A DNA stretch of 64,000 bases. It comes from an uncultured delta proteobacterium (GTDB lineage: Bacteria > Desulfobacterota > Desulfomonilia > UBA1062). Both the position numbers and the translations under genes were made by a program. The first letter of the stretch is position 1; every line of letters begins with the position of its first letter. The DNA lies in the NCBI GenBank assembly GCA_963798485.1, contig CAWCTR010000007.1, forward strand, positions 96,001-160,000. The letters run 5' to 3'. Under the pieces are notes generated by a model, which was not told the DNA's origin, did no database searches, and worked only from the letters and a program-made list of their open reading frames with translations. Positions 54,056-63,532 of this stretch are shown in pieces.

Positions 54056-55075
54056 ATGATAAAGGTCCTCATAACAGGCGGCTGCGGTTTCATCGGGACG
54101 AACCTTATCAAGTATATCTTGAAGAACAGGCCTCTCTGGCAGGTTACGAACCTTGACCTTTTGACCTATGCGGGTAACCTGGAAAACACGCACTGCCTCA
54201 CAAAGGATGTTCCTTCAAGATATTCCTTTGTGAGGGGGGACATTGCTGAAACCGGCTTTGTGAATGATCTCTTCACAAAGAACAAATTCGACCTGGTGCT
54301 GAATCTTGCTGCCGAGAGCCATGTGGACAGGAGTATCGAGGGGGCCGGGGTATTCGTCCGGACCAATGTGGTGGGTGTGCAGGTTTTACTCGATGCATCC
54401 CTTAAGTACAAGGTGAAGCGATTTTTACAGGTATCTACCGATGAGGTCTATGGGAGTCTTGGCAACCAGGGGAGCTTCCACGAAGATCTCCCCATGGCGC
54501 CCAACAGCCCCTATTCGGCATCAAAGGCAGCCGCAGACCTTCTGGTGAGGGCCTACATCAAGACCCACGGGATGGATGCGGTGATCACCCGGTGCTCCAA
54601 CAACTACGGACCCTACCAATTCCCTGAAAAGCTAATCCCCCTGATGGTGGTAAATGCGCTGAATGATAAAGAACTGCCCGTCTATGGAGACGGCAAGAAC
54701 ATAAGGGATTGGATCTATGTGGAGGATCACTGCAAGGGCATCGTCACAGTGGCGGAAAAAGGGGTAACGGGAGAGGCCTATAATCTCGGCGGTGGCGCGG
54801 AGAAGGAAAATATCGAGATCGTACGAACCATCTTAAGGCATCTAGGCAAGCCGGAAACGCTTATCCGTTTTGTAAAGGACAGGCCCGGCCATGACTTCAG
54901 GTATTCCATGGACTATTCGAAGATCACCAGCGAGCTTGGCTGGAGACCTTCCATGGATTTCTTCAACGGTATTTCTTCCACCATTGAGTGGTATCTTGCC
55001 AACAAGCCATGGTGGGAACGGATCATCTCCGGAGATTACAAAAGTTATTACGAAAGGATGTACGGCAACAGATGA
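54056..55075 (+). CDS. rfbB: dTDP-glucose 4,6-dehydratase
   Basis: TGGCGFIG, LAAESHVDRSI, STDEVYG, PYSASK, DRPGHD. Confidence 0.96.
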   Translation: MIKVLITGGCGFIGTNLIKYILKNRPLWQVTNLDLLTYAGNLENTHCLTKDVPSRYSFVRGDIAETGFVNDLFTKNKFDLVLNLAAESHVDRSIEGAGVFVRTNVVGVQVLLDASLKYKVKRFLQVSTDEVYGSLGNQGSFHEDLPMAPNSPYSASKAAADLLVRAYIKTHGMDAVITRCSNNYGPYQFPEKLIPLMVVNALNDKELPVYGDGKNIRDWIYVEDHCKGIVTVAEKGVTGEAYNLGGGAEKENIEIVRTILRHLGKPETLIRFVKDRPGHDFRYSMDYSKITSELGWRPSMDFFNGISSTIEWYLANKPWWERIISGDYKSYYERMYGNR

Positions 55076-55947
55076 GGGTGCTTGTAACCGGGGCCAGGGG
55101 CATGTTGGGGCACGAGGTCGTAAAGACCTTGGAGATGGGAGGCCATGAGGTCTGGGGCACCGATATCTCTTTAAAGGATGACAGGCTTGATATCACAAAA
55201 CAGGATCAGATCAGGTACGCCCTTACCTCGTTCAGGCCGTCCTGGGTCATAAACTGCGCAGCGTACACCAATGTTGATATGGCCGAGGAGCACGAGGAGC
55301 AGGCCCTCCTGCTCAATGCCAAAGGCCCTGACCTTCTTGCGCATGCCTGCAGAAAGCGCTCCGTAAGACTCCTCCATATCAGCACCGACTATGTCTTCGA
55401 TGGGACAAAGGGGAAGCCGTATACCGAAGAAGACACCACGAACCCGATGAATGTTTATGGTGTCAGCAAGCTTGCAGGAGAGAACGCCATAAGGCATCAG
55501 ATGGAGGCCTATCTCATCGTCCGGACACAGTGGCTCATCGGCCATAATGGGAGGAATTTCGTTTCAACGATCCTCTCTGCGGCCCAGATCAATGAGCGCC
55601 TGCGTGTCGTGAATGACCAGTGGGGCTCTCCCACCTTTGCACCTGATCTGGCAAAGGCAATTATGCAGCTCATGGAGACGGATGCGCATGGGATATACCA
55701 TGTGTGCAACCGTGGCAAGGCCACATGGTTCGATCTTGCGAAGAAGGCCATCGAGCTTGTCGGACTGGGTACACAGGTGATACCGATAAGCACGGAAGAA
55801 TATCCGCTGCCTGCAAGAAGACCTCCCTATTCAATCCTTTCAACGAAAAAATTCACAGCAAAAACCGGCAAGCTCATGCCCATCTGGCAGGCATCCTTGG
55901 AGAACTATGTCCATGATTTTCTGCAGCATGTGAAAGGCTCGGCATAA
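55072..55947 (+). CDS. rfbD: dTDP-4-dehydrorhamnose reductase
   Basis: TGARGMLG, NCAAYTNVD, STDYVFDG, YGVSKLAGE. Confidence 0.95.
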   Translation: MRVLVTGARGMLGHEVVKTLEMGGHEVWGTDISLKDDRLDITKQDQIRYALTSFRPSWVINCAAYTNVDMAEEHEEQALLLNAKGPDLLAHACRKRSVRLLHISTDYVFDGTKGKPYTEEDTTNPMNVYGVSKLAGENAIRHQMEAYLIVRTQWLIGHNGRNFVSTILSAAQINERLRVVNDQWGSPTFAPDLAKAIMQLMETDAHGIYHVCNRGKATWFDLAKKAIELVGLGTQVIPISTEEYPLPARRPPYSILSTKKFTAKTGKLMPIWQASLENYVHDFLQHVKGSA

Positions 55948-56058
55948 AGGCTTGATGAGAATCATCTTTAGGAAAAAATACATTTCTGTTAAACAGTGCA
56001 ATGGATACGTAGATACCTACAAAGAGGCCGGTGAAGTTTTTTGCTAAGGAGGCGGCAA

Positions 56059-56682
56059 TTGAGTAAAGATAAGAACAAGAGCGTGGTACGGGATTGGGCA
56101 GAGGCCCTCATCGTTGCATTTGTGATCGCCATGATCATCAGGGCCTTCATCCTTCAGGCCTATCGGATCCCATCTTCATCCATGGAGGATACCCTACTGA
56201 AAGGCGATCATATCCTTGCGACCAAGTTTACCTATGGACTTACCATGCCGTTTACCACCAAGAAGATCTGGGGGGCGGACAAGATACCATCCAGAGGAGA
56301 CATCATCATCTTCACCTTTCCGGTAAATCATGAAATGGATTTCGTAAAAAGGGTGATCGGCCTACCCGGGGATGTGATCGAGGTGAGGGACAAGAAGGTC
56401 TTCGTCAACCAGAAGCGCTATGAGATCCCCCAAGAAAAATATACAGACCCCTTTACCTTGAACCAGGGGCCCGGCAAGGTCCGCGATTTCTTCGGGCCGG
56501 TCACGGTAAGCCCCGGGCATATCTTTGCTATGGGAGACAACAGGGACCAGAGCTATGACAGCCGCTTCTGGGGGCAGGTCCCTATCGAGAATATCAAGGG
56601 CAAGGCGTTCATCATCTATTTTTCCTGGACAAGCGAAACACCGTGGATACGCTACTGGCGCATCGGTCATCTCGTGCGCTAG
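56059..56682 (+). CDS. lepB: Signal peptidase I
   Basis: IPSSSMEDTL, FVKRVIGLPGD, MGDNRDQSYDSR; TTG start after AGGAGG. Confidence 0.95.
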   Translation: MSKDKNKSVVRDWAEALIVAFVIAMIIRAFILQAYRIPSSSMEDTLLKGDHILATKFTYGLTMPFTTKKIWGADKIPSRGDIIIFTFPVNHEMDFVKRVIGLPGDVIEVRDKKVFVNQKRYEIPQEKYTDPFTLNQGPGKVRDFFGPVTVSPGHIFAMGDNRDQSYDSRFWGQVPIENIKGKAFIIYFSWTSETPWIRYWRIGHLVR

Positions 56683-56692
56683 GGAGACGGGC

Positions 56693-57232
56693 ATGGCAGA
56701 GATACCAAGAAGTCCCCAAGAGATCCAATCAATCCTCGTCAGGCTCACCGATGAGCTCTTGGCCTCTATCAGCGCTTGGGACAAGGTGGCCTTCATCGGT
56801 GTGCGCAGCGGTGGGGAGCTGATGGCAAAAGGTCTGGTGAAGCTCCTTGAGGAAAAGACCGGGAAACAACTACCCCTCGGGGTCCTTGACATCGCCTTGT
56901 ACCGGGATGATCTCACGCGGAGAAAGTCCTATCCGGAGGTCAGGAGTACGGATATCCCCTTTGCGGTTGATGACATGGATATCATCCTTGTAGATGATGT
57001 CCTGTATACCGGCCGATCCGTCAGGGCGGCCATAGATCACATCGTTGACCTTGGCCGTCCGAGGAGGATCTACCTGTTGGTGCTGTTCGACCGGGATGGC
57101 AGGGAGCTGCCCATCCAGGCGGATTTCATAGGGCTGAAGATAAACCTGCCTGATGAGCAGATCATCAAGCTTGAGGCTACTTCTGATAAGGAGGCCATCG
57201 CAGGAATAGTCATCAGCGAGGTGAAACGATGA
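56693..57232 (+). CDS. pyrR: PyrR (pyr regulator / uracil phosphoribosyltransferase)
   Basis: LDIALYRDD, LVDDVLYTGR, RELPIQADF. Confidence 0.93.
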   Translation: MAEIPRSPQEIQSILVRLTDELLASISAWDKVAFIGVRSGGELMAKGLVKLLEEKTGKQLPLGVLDIALYRDDLTRRKSYPEVRSTDIPFAVDDMDIILVDDVLYTGRSVRAAIDHIVDLGRPRRIYLLVLFDRDGRELPIQADFIGLKINLPDEQIIKLEATSDKEAIAGIVISEVKR

Positions 57233-58161
57233 ACTGGACTCATAAAGACCTCATAGCCATTGCCGACCTGAGCTGCGAAGAGATCCATACCATCCTCGAT
57301 ATGAGCAAGTCCTTCAAGGAGGTCAGCAAGAGGGACATCAAGAAGGTCCCGGCGCTACGAGGCAAGACTGTAGTCCTGCTCTTCTATGAGGCGTCCACCA
57401 GGACACGCCTGTCATTCGAACTTGCCGCAAAGCGTCTGAGCGCCGATACCATGGCCTTGTCCGCGTCCGGGTCCTCCTTTGCAAAAGGCGAGACCATCAT
57501 GGATGCCGCACAGAACGTCATGGCCATGTCACCCGATTGCATCGTAATACGATACCCGTATGCCGGGCTTCCCAAGAAACTGGCCCGGGAACTTCCCTGT
57601 TCCATCATCAATGCAGGAGACGGGACCCATGAGCACCCTTCCCAGGCCCTGCTGGATATGTATTCCATGAATGAGCATTTCGGTAAGCTCGAGGGTTTGC
57701 ATGTGGCTATTGTGGGAGATATCCTGCATTCGCGGGTGGCCCGGTCGAATGTCTATGGATTAAAAAAGGTAGGGGCGCAGGTCACCGTGGTGGCACCAAA
57801 AACGCTCCTTCCCGTGGGCATAGAAACCTGGGGGGTGAATGTCTCAACCGCCTTCGATCCTGTGGTGGGCGAGGCGGACGTCATCATGATGCTCAGGGTG
57901 CAAAAAGAACGGATTCACGAACAATATTTCTCGGGTGAGCGGGAATATGCGTATTTCTACGGCCTTAACAAGACCAGGGTTGACAAGATGAAACAAGGTG
58001 CGGTCATCATGCATCCTGGGCCCATGAACAGGGGCGTGGAGATCACCCATGACGCCGCTGACGGGACACGATCCATTATCCTTAATCAGGTGGAAAACGG
58101 TGTGGCGGTGAGGATGACGCTTTTGTACCTGTCGCTGGGAGGGAATGTCAATGTGGATTAA
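57229..58161 (+). CDS. pyrB: Aspartate carbamoyltransferase
   Basis: STRTRLSF, HEHPSQALLD, HSRVARS, HPGPMNRG. Confidence 0.97.
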   Translation: MNWTHKDLIAIADLSCEEIHTILDMSKSFKEVSKRDIKKVPALRGKTVVLLFYEASTRTRLSFELAAKRLSADTMALSASGSSFAKGETIMDAAQNVMAMSPDCIVIRYPYAGLPKKLARELPCSIINAGDGTHEHPSQALLDMYSMNEHFGKLEGLHVAIVGDILHSRVARSNVYGLKKVGAQVTVVAPKTLLPVGIETWGVNVSTAFDPVVGEADVIMMLRVQKERIHEQYFSGEREYAYFYGLNKTRVDKMKQGAVIMHPGPMNRGVEITHDAADGTRSIILNQVENGVAVRMTLLYLSLGGNVNVD

Positions 58162-59425
58162 GGGCGGCCGCATTATCGACCCTGCAAATAATCGGGACGA
58201 ACTCTCTGATATTCTTTTGCGTGACGGCATTATTCAGAAGGTCCTGCCTGCGCTCGGGCCTGTACAGCCTGGTGAAGAGGTTCTCGATGCAACAGGGATG
58301 TGGGTACTCCCGGGACTTATCGATATGCATGCCCACCTCAGGGACCCCGGGTATGAATATAAGGAAGACATTGCAAGCGGAAGCCTTGCAGCAGCAGCAG
58401 GCGGCATTACCACGGTGGTCTGCATGGCCAACACCGATCCGGTCAATGACAATGCCTCGGTTACTCAGTATATCCTGAAGAAGGCCTTGAGTGTGGGTCT
58501 GGTGAGGGTGCTCCCGGTTGGGGCCATGACAAAGGGGCAGCAGGGCAAGGAACTCTCTGAGATGGGGCTCATGAAAGAGGCGGGAATTGTCGGGGTTTCG
58601 GATGATGGAAGGCCTGTGGAAAACGCAGCCATCATGCGTAGCGCCATGGAGTATGCCGCCACATTCTCATTGCCCGTGATATCCCATTGTGAAGACAAGA
58701 ATCTCGCGGCAACGGGGGTGATGAATGAGGGCGCGCTTGCATCAGAGCTCGGCCTGGCAGGCATCACGCCTGCCGCCGAGGAGGTCATGGTATCCCGTGA
58801 TGTGCTGATGTCGCAATATACCGGTGTTCCTGTTCATATCACCCACATTTCCACCAAAGGGAGCCTGGAGATTATAAGGGAGGCAAGGCAGCACGGGGCC
58901 AAGGTCACCTGTGATGCCACACCGCATCATCTTCTCCTCACCGAGGAAGGTGTGCGGACGTACGATGCGAATTACAAGATGAATCCACCCCTGAGGAATG
59001 AGGCCAACAGGCATGCGTTGATAGAAGGGCTCAGGATGAACCTGATTGACTGCATTGCCACTGACCATGCGCCTCATGCCAAGGACGAGAAAGACCTGGA
59101 CTTTGACCTGGCCCCTTTCGGCATCATCGGGTTTCAGACCTTGCTGCCCTCTCTCATGAAGCTTCACCTCGATTTTGACATCGATTTCTCTCAGATCCTG
59201 GCCTGCGTGACCACAAACCCCGCCAAGATCTTGGGCATTGATGGCGGTAAGCTGAGCCCAGGTTCACGGGCCGACATTACTATCTTTGATCCGGAGGCCA
59301 CCTGGACCCTGACCGAGGAGATGATTCTGTCCAAATCTCGGAACACCCCCTTCATCGGCTGGACCTTTACCGGGAAGGTAGTGCGCACCATTGCTGAAGG
59401 AAAAACGGTCTATAGCGCTGACTAG
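58151..59425 (+). CDS. pyrC: Dihydroorotase
   Basis: DMHAHLRDPG, KMNPPLR, ATDHAPH, SKSRNTPF. Confidence 0.95.
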   Translation: MWIKGGRIIDPANNRDELSDILLRDGIIQKVLPALGPVQPGEEVLDATGMWVLPGLIDMHAHLRDPGYEYKEDIASGSLAAAAGGITTVVCMANTDPVNDNASVTQYILKKALSVGLVRVLPVGAMTKGQQGKELSEMGLMKEAGIVGVSDDGRPVENAAIMRSAMEYAATFSLPVISHCEDKNLAATGVMNEGALASELGLAGITPAAEEVMVSRDVLMSQYTGVPVHITHISTKGSLEIIREARQHGAKVTCDATPHHLLLTEEGVRTYDANYKMNPPLRNEANRHALIEGLRMNLIDCIATDHAPHAKDEKDLDFDLAPFGIIGFQTLLPSLMKLHLDFDIDFSQILACVTTNPAKILGIDGGKLSPGSRADITIFDPEATWTLTEEMILSKSRNTPFIGWTFTGKVVRTIAEGKTVYSAD

Positions 59426-60555
59426 ATCATACCTGAGTCTTCCATCAGGCCTTTTACCATTTCACCGATGGCCAGGCAGCTCGTGAGCCCCGGCGACTCG
59501 ATCCCGATGAGATTGATGAGACCTGTAAGACCCCGGTCCGCCTCATGGCGGATTACGAAGTCCCGCACCGCTCCGCCGGGCGGCTGAATCTTGGGCCTGA
59601 TGCCTGCCATGTCCGGCATGAGATCTTCTTCAACAAGCATGGGTAAGAGCCTGCGGGCGCTGTCCAGGAAATCCTTTGCATGGGCCGGGTCTACATCATA
59701 GTTGATCTTGTCGACATACCTGGCATCAGGGCCGAGCCTGACCGAGCCTGAGAGGTCCTTGGTAACGTGGATACCCAGCCCGGTAAGGTCTTTTTCAGGG
59801 CTTGGGTACAACAGCCCGTTCACCAGCCCCTGCTTCCTTCCCCTTATACGGAAATATTGACCCTTGACCGGATAGATGCGGTACCCCGCAGTCTGAACAT
59901 CGATACCGGCCATGGAGGCAATGATATCCGAGTGGAGACCCCCTGAATTGATGAGTGCCCTGGTGGTAAATGCATATCGTTCCGCTGGATGTGCCTCCAC
60001 CGTGCATAAGAACCCCTCTTGGGTGAAATCAAGCCCGGCCAGGCGTGAGTTGTATAAGACCGTGCAGCCCTGGCTCAGGGCAAGGGCCTCGAGGGTTTTG
60101 ATCAACCGGTGCGAATCGATAATACCGGTTCGCGGTGAATAAAGGGCGCTTACTCCGGTCACATAAGGTTCCCTTTTTCGCAGGTCGTCCCTGGTGATCA
60201 TGATGAGCCCTTGAGCGCCGTTTTCGGCGCCCTGTCTGCGAAGACCCTCAATGGCAGGCTCTTCAATAGGGCTTGTGGCCACGATGACCTTTCCGATTCT
60301 TTGAAAGGGTATGGTATGCCTTTCACAAAACGCATACAGCAAGTGAGATCCCTCTATGCAGAGCCTGGCCTTTAACGAACCCGTTGGATAATAGATCCCG
60401 GCGTGGATCACCTCTGAGTTGCGAGAGCTTGTCTCCTTGCCGGGGCCTGATTCCTTTTCCAATACGACAATGGACCTGCCTTTTTCTGCGAGCGCACAGG
60501 CTACGGCCAGGCCCACGACGCCTGCCCCGACAATGGTGATATCCACGTGAATCAT
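59422..60555 (-). CDS. FAD-dependent oxidoreductase, L-2-hydroxyglutarate oxidase (LhgO) family
   Basis: GAGVVG, SSRNSEVIHAG, GIESPGLT. The ATG ATT CAC GTG start is read from the reverse complement at 60555, so the gene is on the minus strand although the ORF track labels it +. Confidence 0.9.
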   Translation of the reverse strand: MIHVDITIVGAGVVGLAVACALAEKGRSIVVLEKESGPGKETSSRNSEVIHAGIYYPTGSLKARLCIEGSHLLYAFCERHTIPFQRIGKVIVATSPIEEPAIEGLRRQGAENGAQGLIMITRDDLRKREPYVTGVSALYSPRTGIIDSHRLIKTLEALALSQGCTVLYNSRLAGLDFTQEGFLCTVEAHPAERYAFTTRALINSGGLHSDIIASMAGIDVQTAGYRIYPVKGQYFRIRGRKQGLVNGLLYPSPEKDLTGLGIHVTKDLSGSVRLGPDARYVDKINYDVDPAHAKDFLDSARRLLPMLVEEDLMPDMAGIRPKIQPPGGAVRDFVIRHEADRGLTGLINLIGIESPGLTSCLAIGEMVKGLMEDSGMI

Positions 60556-60767
60556 AGAACCCTTATATCAGCAAAGAGAACGAGAAAGAAGTAAAACGGA
60601 AATGAAAGAGTCCTTTGGTGAAGCATGAATATAAACACTTCAAAGCAGAGGTGTCTTAAAAAATGCTAAAATTCCACAGACCGCCTTGCCTCTATCCCTG
60701 TGATCTGGTATACCTTTCATGGTTTACTCAAGCGCTAAGCATAACAACACAATTCTTGGAGGAGGCC

Positions 60768-62534
60768 ATGGATATCAGGGATAAGATTCCGGTGATCAGG
60801 GTTGCCATTAGGGGCGCCAATGGAAGGATGGGTCTTCAGGCTATCTATGCTTCGATGGAGAATAATGAAGATATCCTTGCCAGGGCAAAAACCAAGGAGC
60901 TTACCGATAAGGATGTCTGGATAGATATAGTTTTCGGGGCCTTTACCGCAGACATCCCTACGGTGCAGCAGATTCTTGCCGGGATCATGCGTTCGGAAAA
61001 ATCAAAAATCCTGGAAGGTTATGACAAGATGGGGAGTCCCATCTTCCGTCTGAAGGCTGACGGCAAGCACGAGCTGAGGACCAAGTATCTGGAGCAGACC
61101 CTTGATGAAGAGCCACAGCGCGAGCATGTTATCCCCTTTGACCGCCAGGAGCTCATAGACTCGCCCGAGGGCCTTCCGGCTATCAAGATTCTGTCCCATG
61201 ACAAACAGGAGGTACTCTCGGTTATCCGCCACGCCAATGTCCGTCTCGGAGAACTCTCGTCAGAGGCCATCATGGACAGGGTGCTGGACACGGCCTATGA
61301 CCTGGGTGCGAATGTCTTGCTGTCATGTGTGGGAGACACGGCAAAAACGGCGGACCGGATGCAGAAGTGGCTCGACAAGATCCACGAGAAGAAATACCCC
61401 ATGGGGTTTTTAGAGTCTGCACCTGCCAAGGGCTGGGAGAAAAGGATGCTCTCCCGTCAGGATGAGATCAGCGTGCTCTGTTCAAGGAACTACAGCCCCA
61501 CAGGTACGCTGTTCAGGACCGGGATCGCACTGAAGCAGCCCCTGTTCACCTATAATACCTTTGAGTTCGGAAAGGCGGCGCAAAGGTTTAAAAAGGTTTT
61601 CGGCAGGATCATAGCGCAGATTACACAAAACGATGCCTTCAAGAATTATGCACAGATCCTTAAAAAACAGCCCACTACAATCCGGGAGATCGATGGCGAG
61701 GAGATCCTGGTGAACTACCCTCCCAACTTCCTTACCGTGACATCGCCCGACTACCTCATCTTCAGCTTCTATGAAGACAACGAATATGGCTTCATCTGTG
61801 CGTCGCTCATCCCCAATCTCAAGGCGCTTGGCCTGATTTTCCGTGACAGTGCCATGGTCGAGAAGGTCAGGGCGAATGGTCTGAAATATGAAGCTGTTAC
61901 CAATGTCCCCGGTCTCTTCGGGGCCGACTGGATCGTAAGGGCACCCCAAGAGATCATAAAAAGGGGTGGGGCCATGTCCACGAGCTCCTGCACCACAAAT
62001 GGCAACATTGTGGGAGACATCATCATGTTCCTGGCCCTGCACAGCTATTTTGACTTCTTCGCTGATACGACAAAAGATTACTATACGTGCACCGATACGG
62101 GGAAAAGGAGTAAGATCGAGGAGAAGATCGAAAAAAAGTTCTCCGAATTTAAGGGTTACCTCGAAGGAATAGTCTCCAACAGGGCCCGCATGATCAAGAC
62201 GATCTTCACGTTCTATTACGACCAGGTATCCTTCATCAACACCGATATGCAGCACGGTCTTACCCGATCAGAATCTCCTGAGGTCCTGGATTACCTGAGA
62301 GAGACTTCTTCCGGTTCCCAGACCGAGGTCCCCAAGTTTCTCTCTTTACCGAGCCGAGAGCAGGAATATCTTAAGGGTCTCAAGGCTCTACTCGAGGACC
62401 AGATTGCCGTGGAAAAGCACGAGCAAGAAAAGGCAGGCCTGGCTGAACAGCTGAAAAATATAGATTCAAGTATCAAGACAATCGACAATAGTATTAACAT
62501 TGTTGCCATACTTGAACACGTAGAGGGCAATTAG
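60768..62534 (+). CDS. Divergent GAPDH-like protein with permuted catalytic domain
   Basis: GGAGGAGG RBS; motifs VAIRGANGRMG, ESAPAKG, YEDNEYGF, SSCTTN, QHGLT and TSSGSQTEVPK, in a non-canonical order. Confidence 0.7.
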   Translation: MDIRDKIPVIRVAIRGANGRMGLQAIYASMENNEDILARAKTKELTDKDVWIDIVFGAFTADIPTVQQILAGIMRSEKSKILEGYDKMGSPIFRLKADGKHELRTKYLEQTLDEEPQREHVIPFDRQELIDSPEGLPAIKILSHDKQEVLSVIRHANVRLGELSSEAIMDRVLDTAYDLGANVLLSCVGDTAKTADRMQKWLDKIHEKKYPMGFLESAPAKGWEKRMLSRQDEISVLCSRNYSPTGTLFRTGIALKQPLFTYNTFEFGKAAQRFKKVFGRIIAQITQNDAFKNYAQILKKQPTTIREIDGEEILVNYPPNFLTVTSPDYLIFSFYEDNEYGFICASLIPNLKALGLIFRDSAMVEKVRANGLKYEAVTNVPGLFGADWIVRAPQEIIKRGGAMSTSSCTTNGNIVGDIIMFLALHSYFDFFADTTKDYYTCTDTGKRSKIEEKIEKKFSEFKGYLEGIVSNRARMIKTIFTFYYDQVSFINTDMQHGLTRSESPEVLDYLRETSSGSQTEVPKFLSLPSREQEYLKGLKALLEDQIAVEKHEQEKAGLAEQLKNIDSSIKTIDNSINIVAILEHVEGN

Positions 62535-62577
62535 GGGCTTGACACCTCAATTTCGTTTGGACTATGAACCCTGACAA

Positions 62578-62650
62578 GGGCCCATAGCTCAATTGGTAGA
62601 GCCACCGGCTCATAACCGGTAGGTCCCTGGTTCGATTCCAGGTGGGCCCA
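62578..62650 (+). tRNA. tRNA with CAT anticodon, most likely tRNA-Ile2 (lysidine-modified)
   Basis: GGGCCCA/TGGGCCC acceptor, ACCGG-CTCATAA-CCGGT anticodon arm; paired G1-C72, so not initiator; CCA not encoded. Confidence 0.9.
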
Positions 62651-62730
62651 TAACTGGGCCAAGGAAGTAAGGGTGAGAACGGGTAACGTACATGACAGAT
62701 GTTTAACGCAAAATCTCGACAAGGCAGTAC

Positions 62731-62762
62731 AAAGGGGTGCTCATAAGCAGCATCCCTTTTTT
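62731..62762 (+). terminator. Intrinsic terminator after the tRNA
   Basis: AAAGGGGTGCT...AGCATCCCTTTTTT. Confidence 0.7.
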
Positions 62763-62770
62763 ATTCATTT

Positions 62771-63520
62771 ATGATGATGCTTAAAGACGTGATGGCAGTG
62801 CTTGATACCATAGCCCCCTTCGAGGGTGCCCAGGAGTGGGACAATGTGGGCCTCATGGTGGGCGACTTAGGTAGCCCGATCAACTCGGTACTGGTGGCAC
62901 TTGATCCGTCTCTTGAGGTTATTCAAACGGCAAAGGAAGCGGGAATAGATCTCATACTCACCCACCATCCGCTTATTTTTCAGCCCATTATCCGCATCGA
63001 TCTTCAGGATGTGCTGGCTAAAAAAATCGCGATGCTTATCCGAACCCAGATAAGCCTTATCAGCATGCACACCAATCTCGACAAGGCCCCGGGCGGTGTA
63101 GCCGACGAACTAGCCAAAAGGCTTGCCCTAAACGATGTAAGGCCCCACGGGTATATGCGTATAGGTTTCATCAACATACCAACTACTCTGAATGCGTGGA
63201 TCACGGCGTTGTGCATGAAGGACGCACGTCTTATAGATACCGGTAGGGAGGTGTCCAAGGTTGCCGTGTGCCCGGGAAGCGGCATGGATTACTGGAGGCA
63301 TGCCTTAAGTCACGGGTGCGACACCTTCGTAACCGGCGATGTCCGCTACCATGCCGGGCTGGACGCAAAGGAAGCGGGCATGAATGTGGTGGACTTGGGA
63401 CATTTCGGCACGGAAGAGATCATTGTAATCCCCCTTGCAGAGAGGCTCAAACAGGAGCTGACGGGAGTAGCAGTCCACGCCCACCAGGGCAGGGATGTCT
63501 TCTCCCCCTATAACAACTAA
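62771..63520 (+). CDS. Nif3-like dinuclear metal centre protein
   Basis: WDNVGL, THHPLIF, HTNLD, TGDVRYH, GHFGTE. Confidence 0.93.
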   Translation: MMMLKDVMAVLDTIAPFEGAQEWDNVGLMVGDLGSPINSVLVALDPSLEVIQTAKEAGIDLILTHHPLIFQPIIRIDLQDVLAKKIAMLIRTQISLISMHTNLDKAPGGVADELAKRLALNDVRPHGYMRIGFINIPTTLNAWITALCMKDARLIDTGREVSKVAVCPGSGMDYWRHALSHGCDTFVTGDVRYHAGLDAKEAGMNVVDLGHFGTEEIIVIPLAERLKQELTGVAVHAHQGRDVFSPYNN

Positions 63521-63532
63521 GGAGAGCTGATA

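Noticed and set aside
59422-60555. ORF track lists the 377-aa oxidoreductase on the + strand
   Set aside because: The protein sequence is encoded by the reverse complement (CAT at 60553-60555, CTA at 59422-59424), so it is annotated on the minus strand.
62531-62722. 63-aa minus-strand ORF
   Set aside because: Antisense translation of the tRNA gene.
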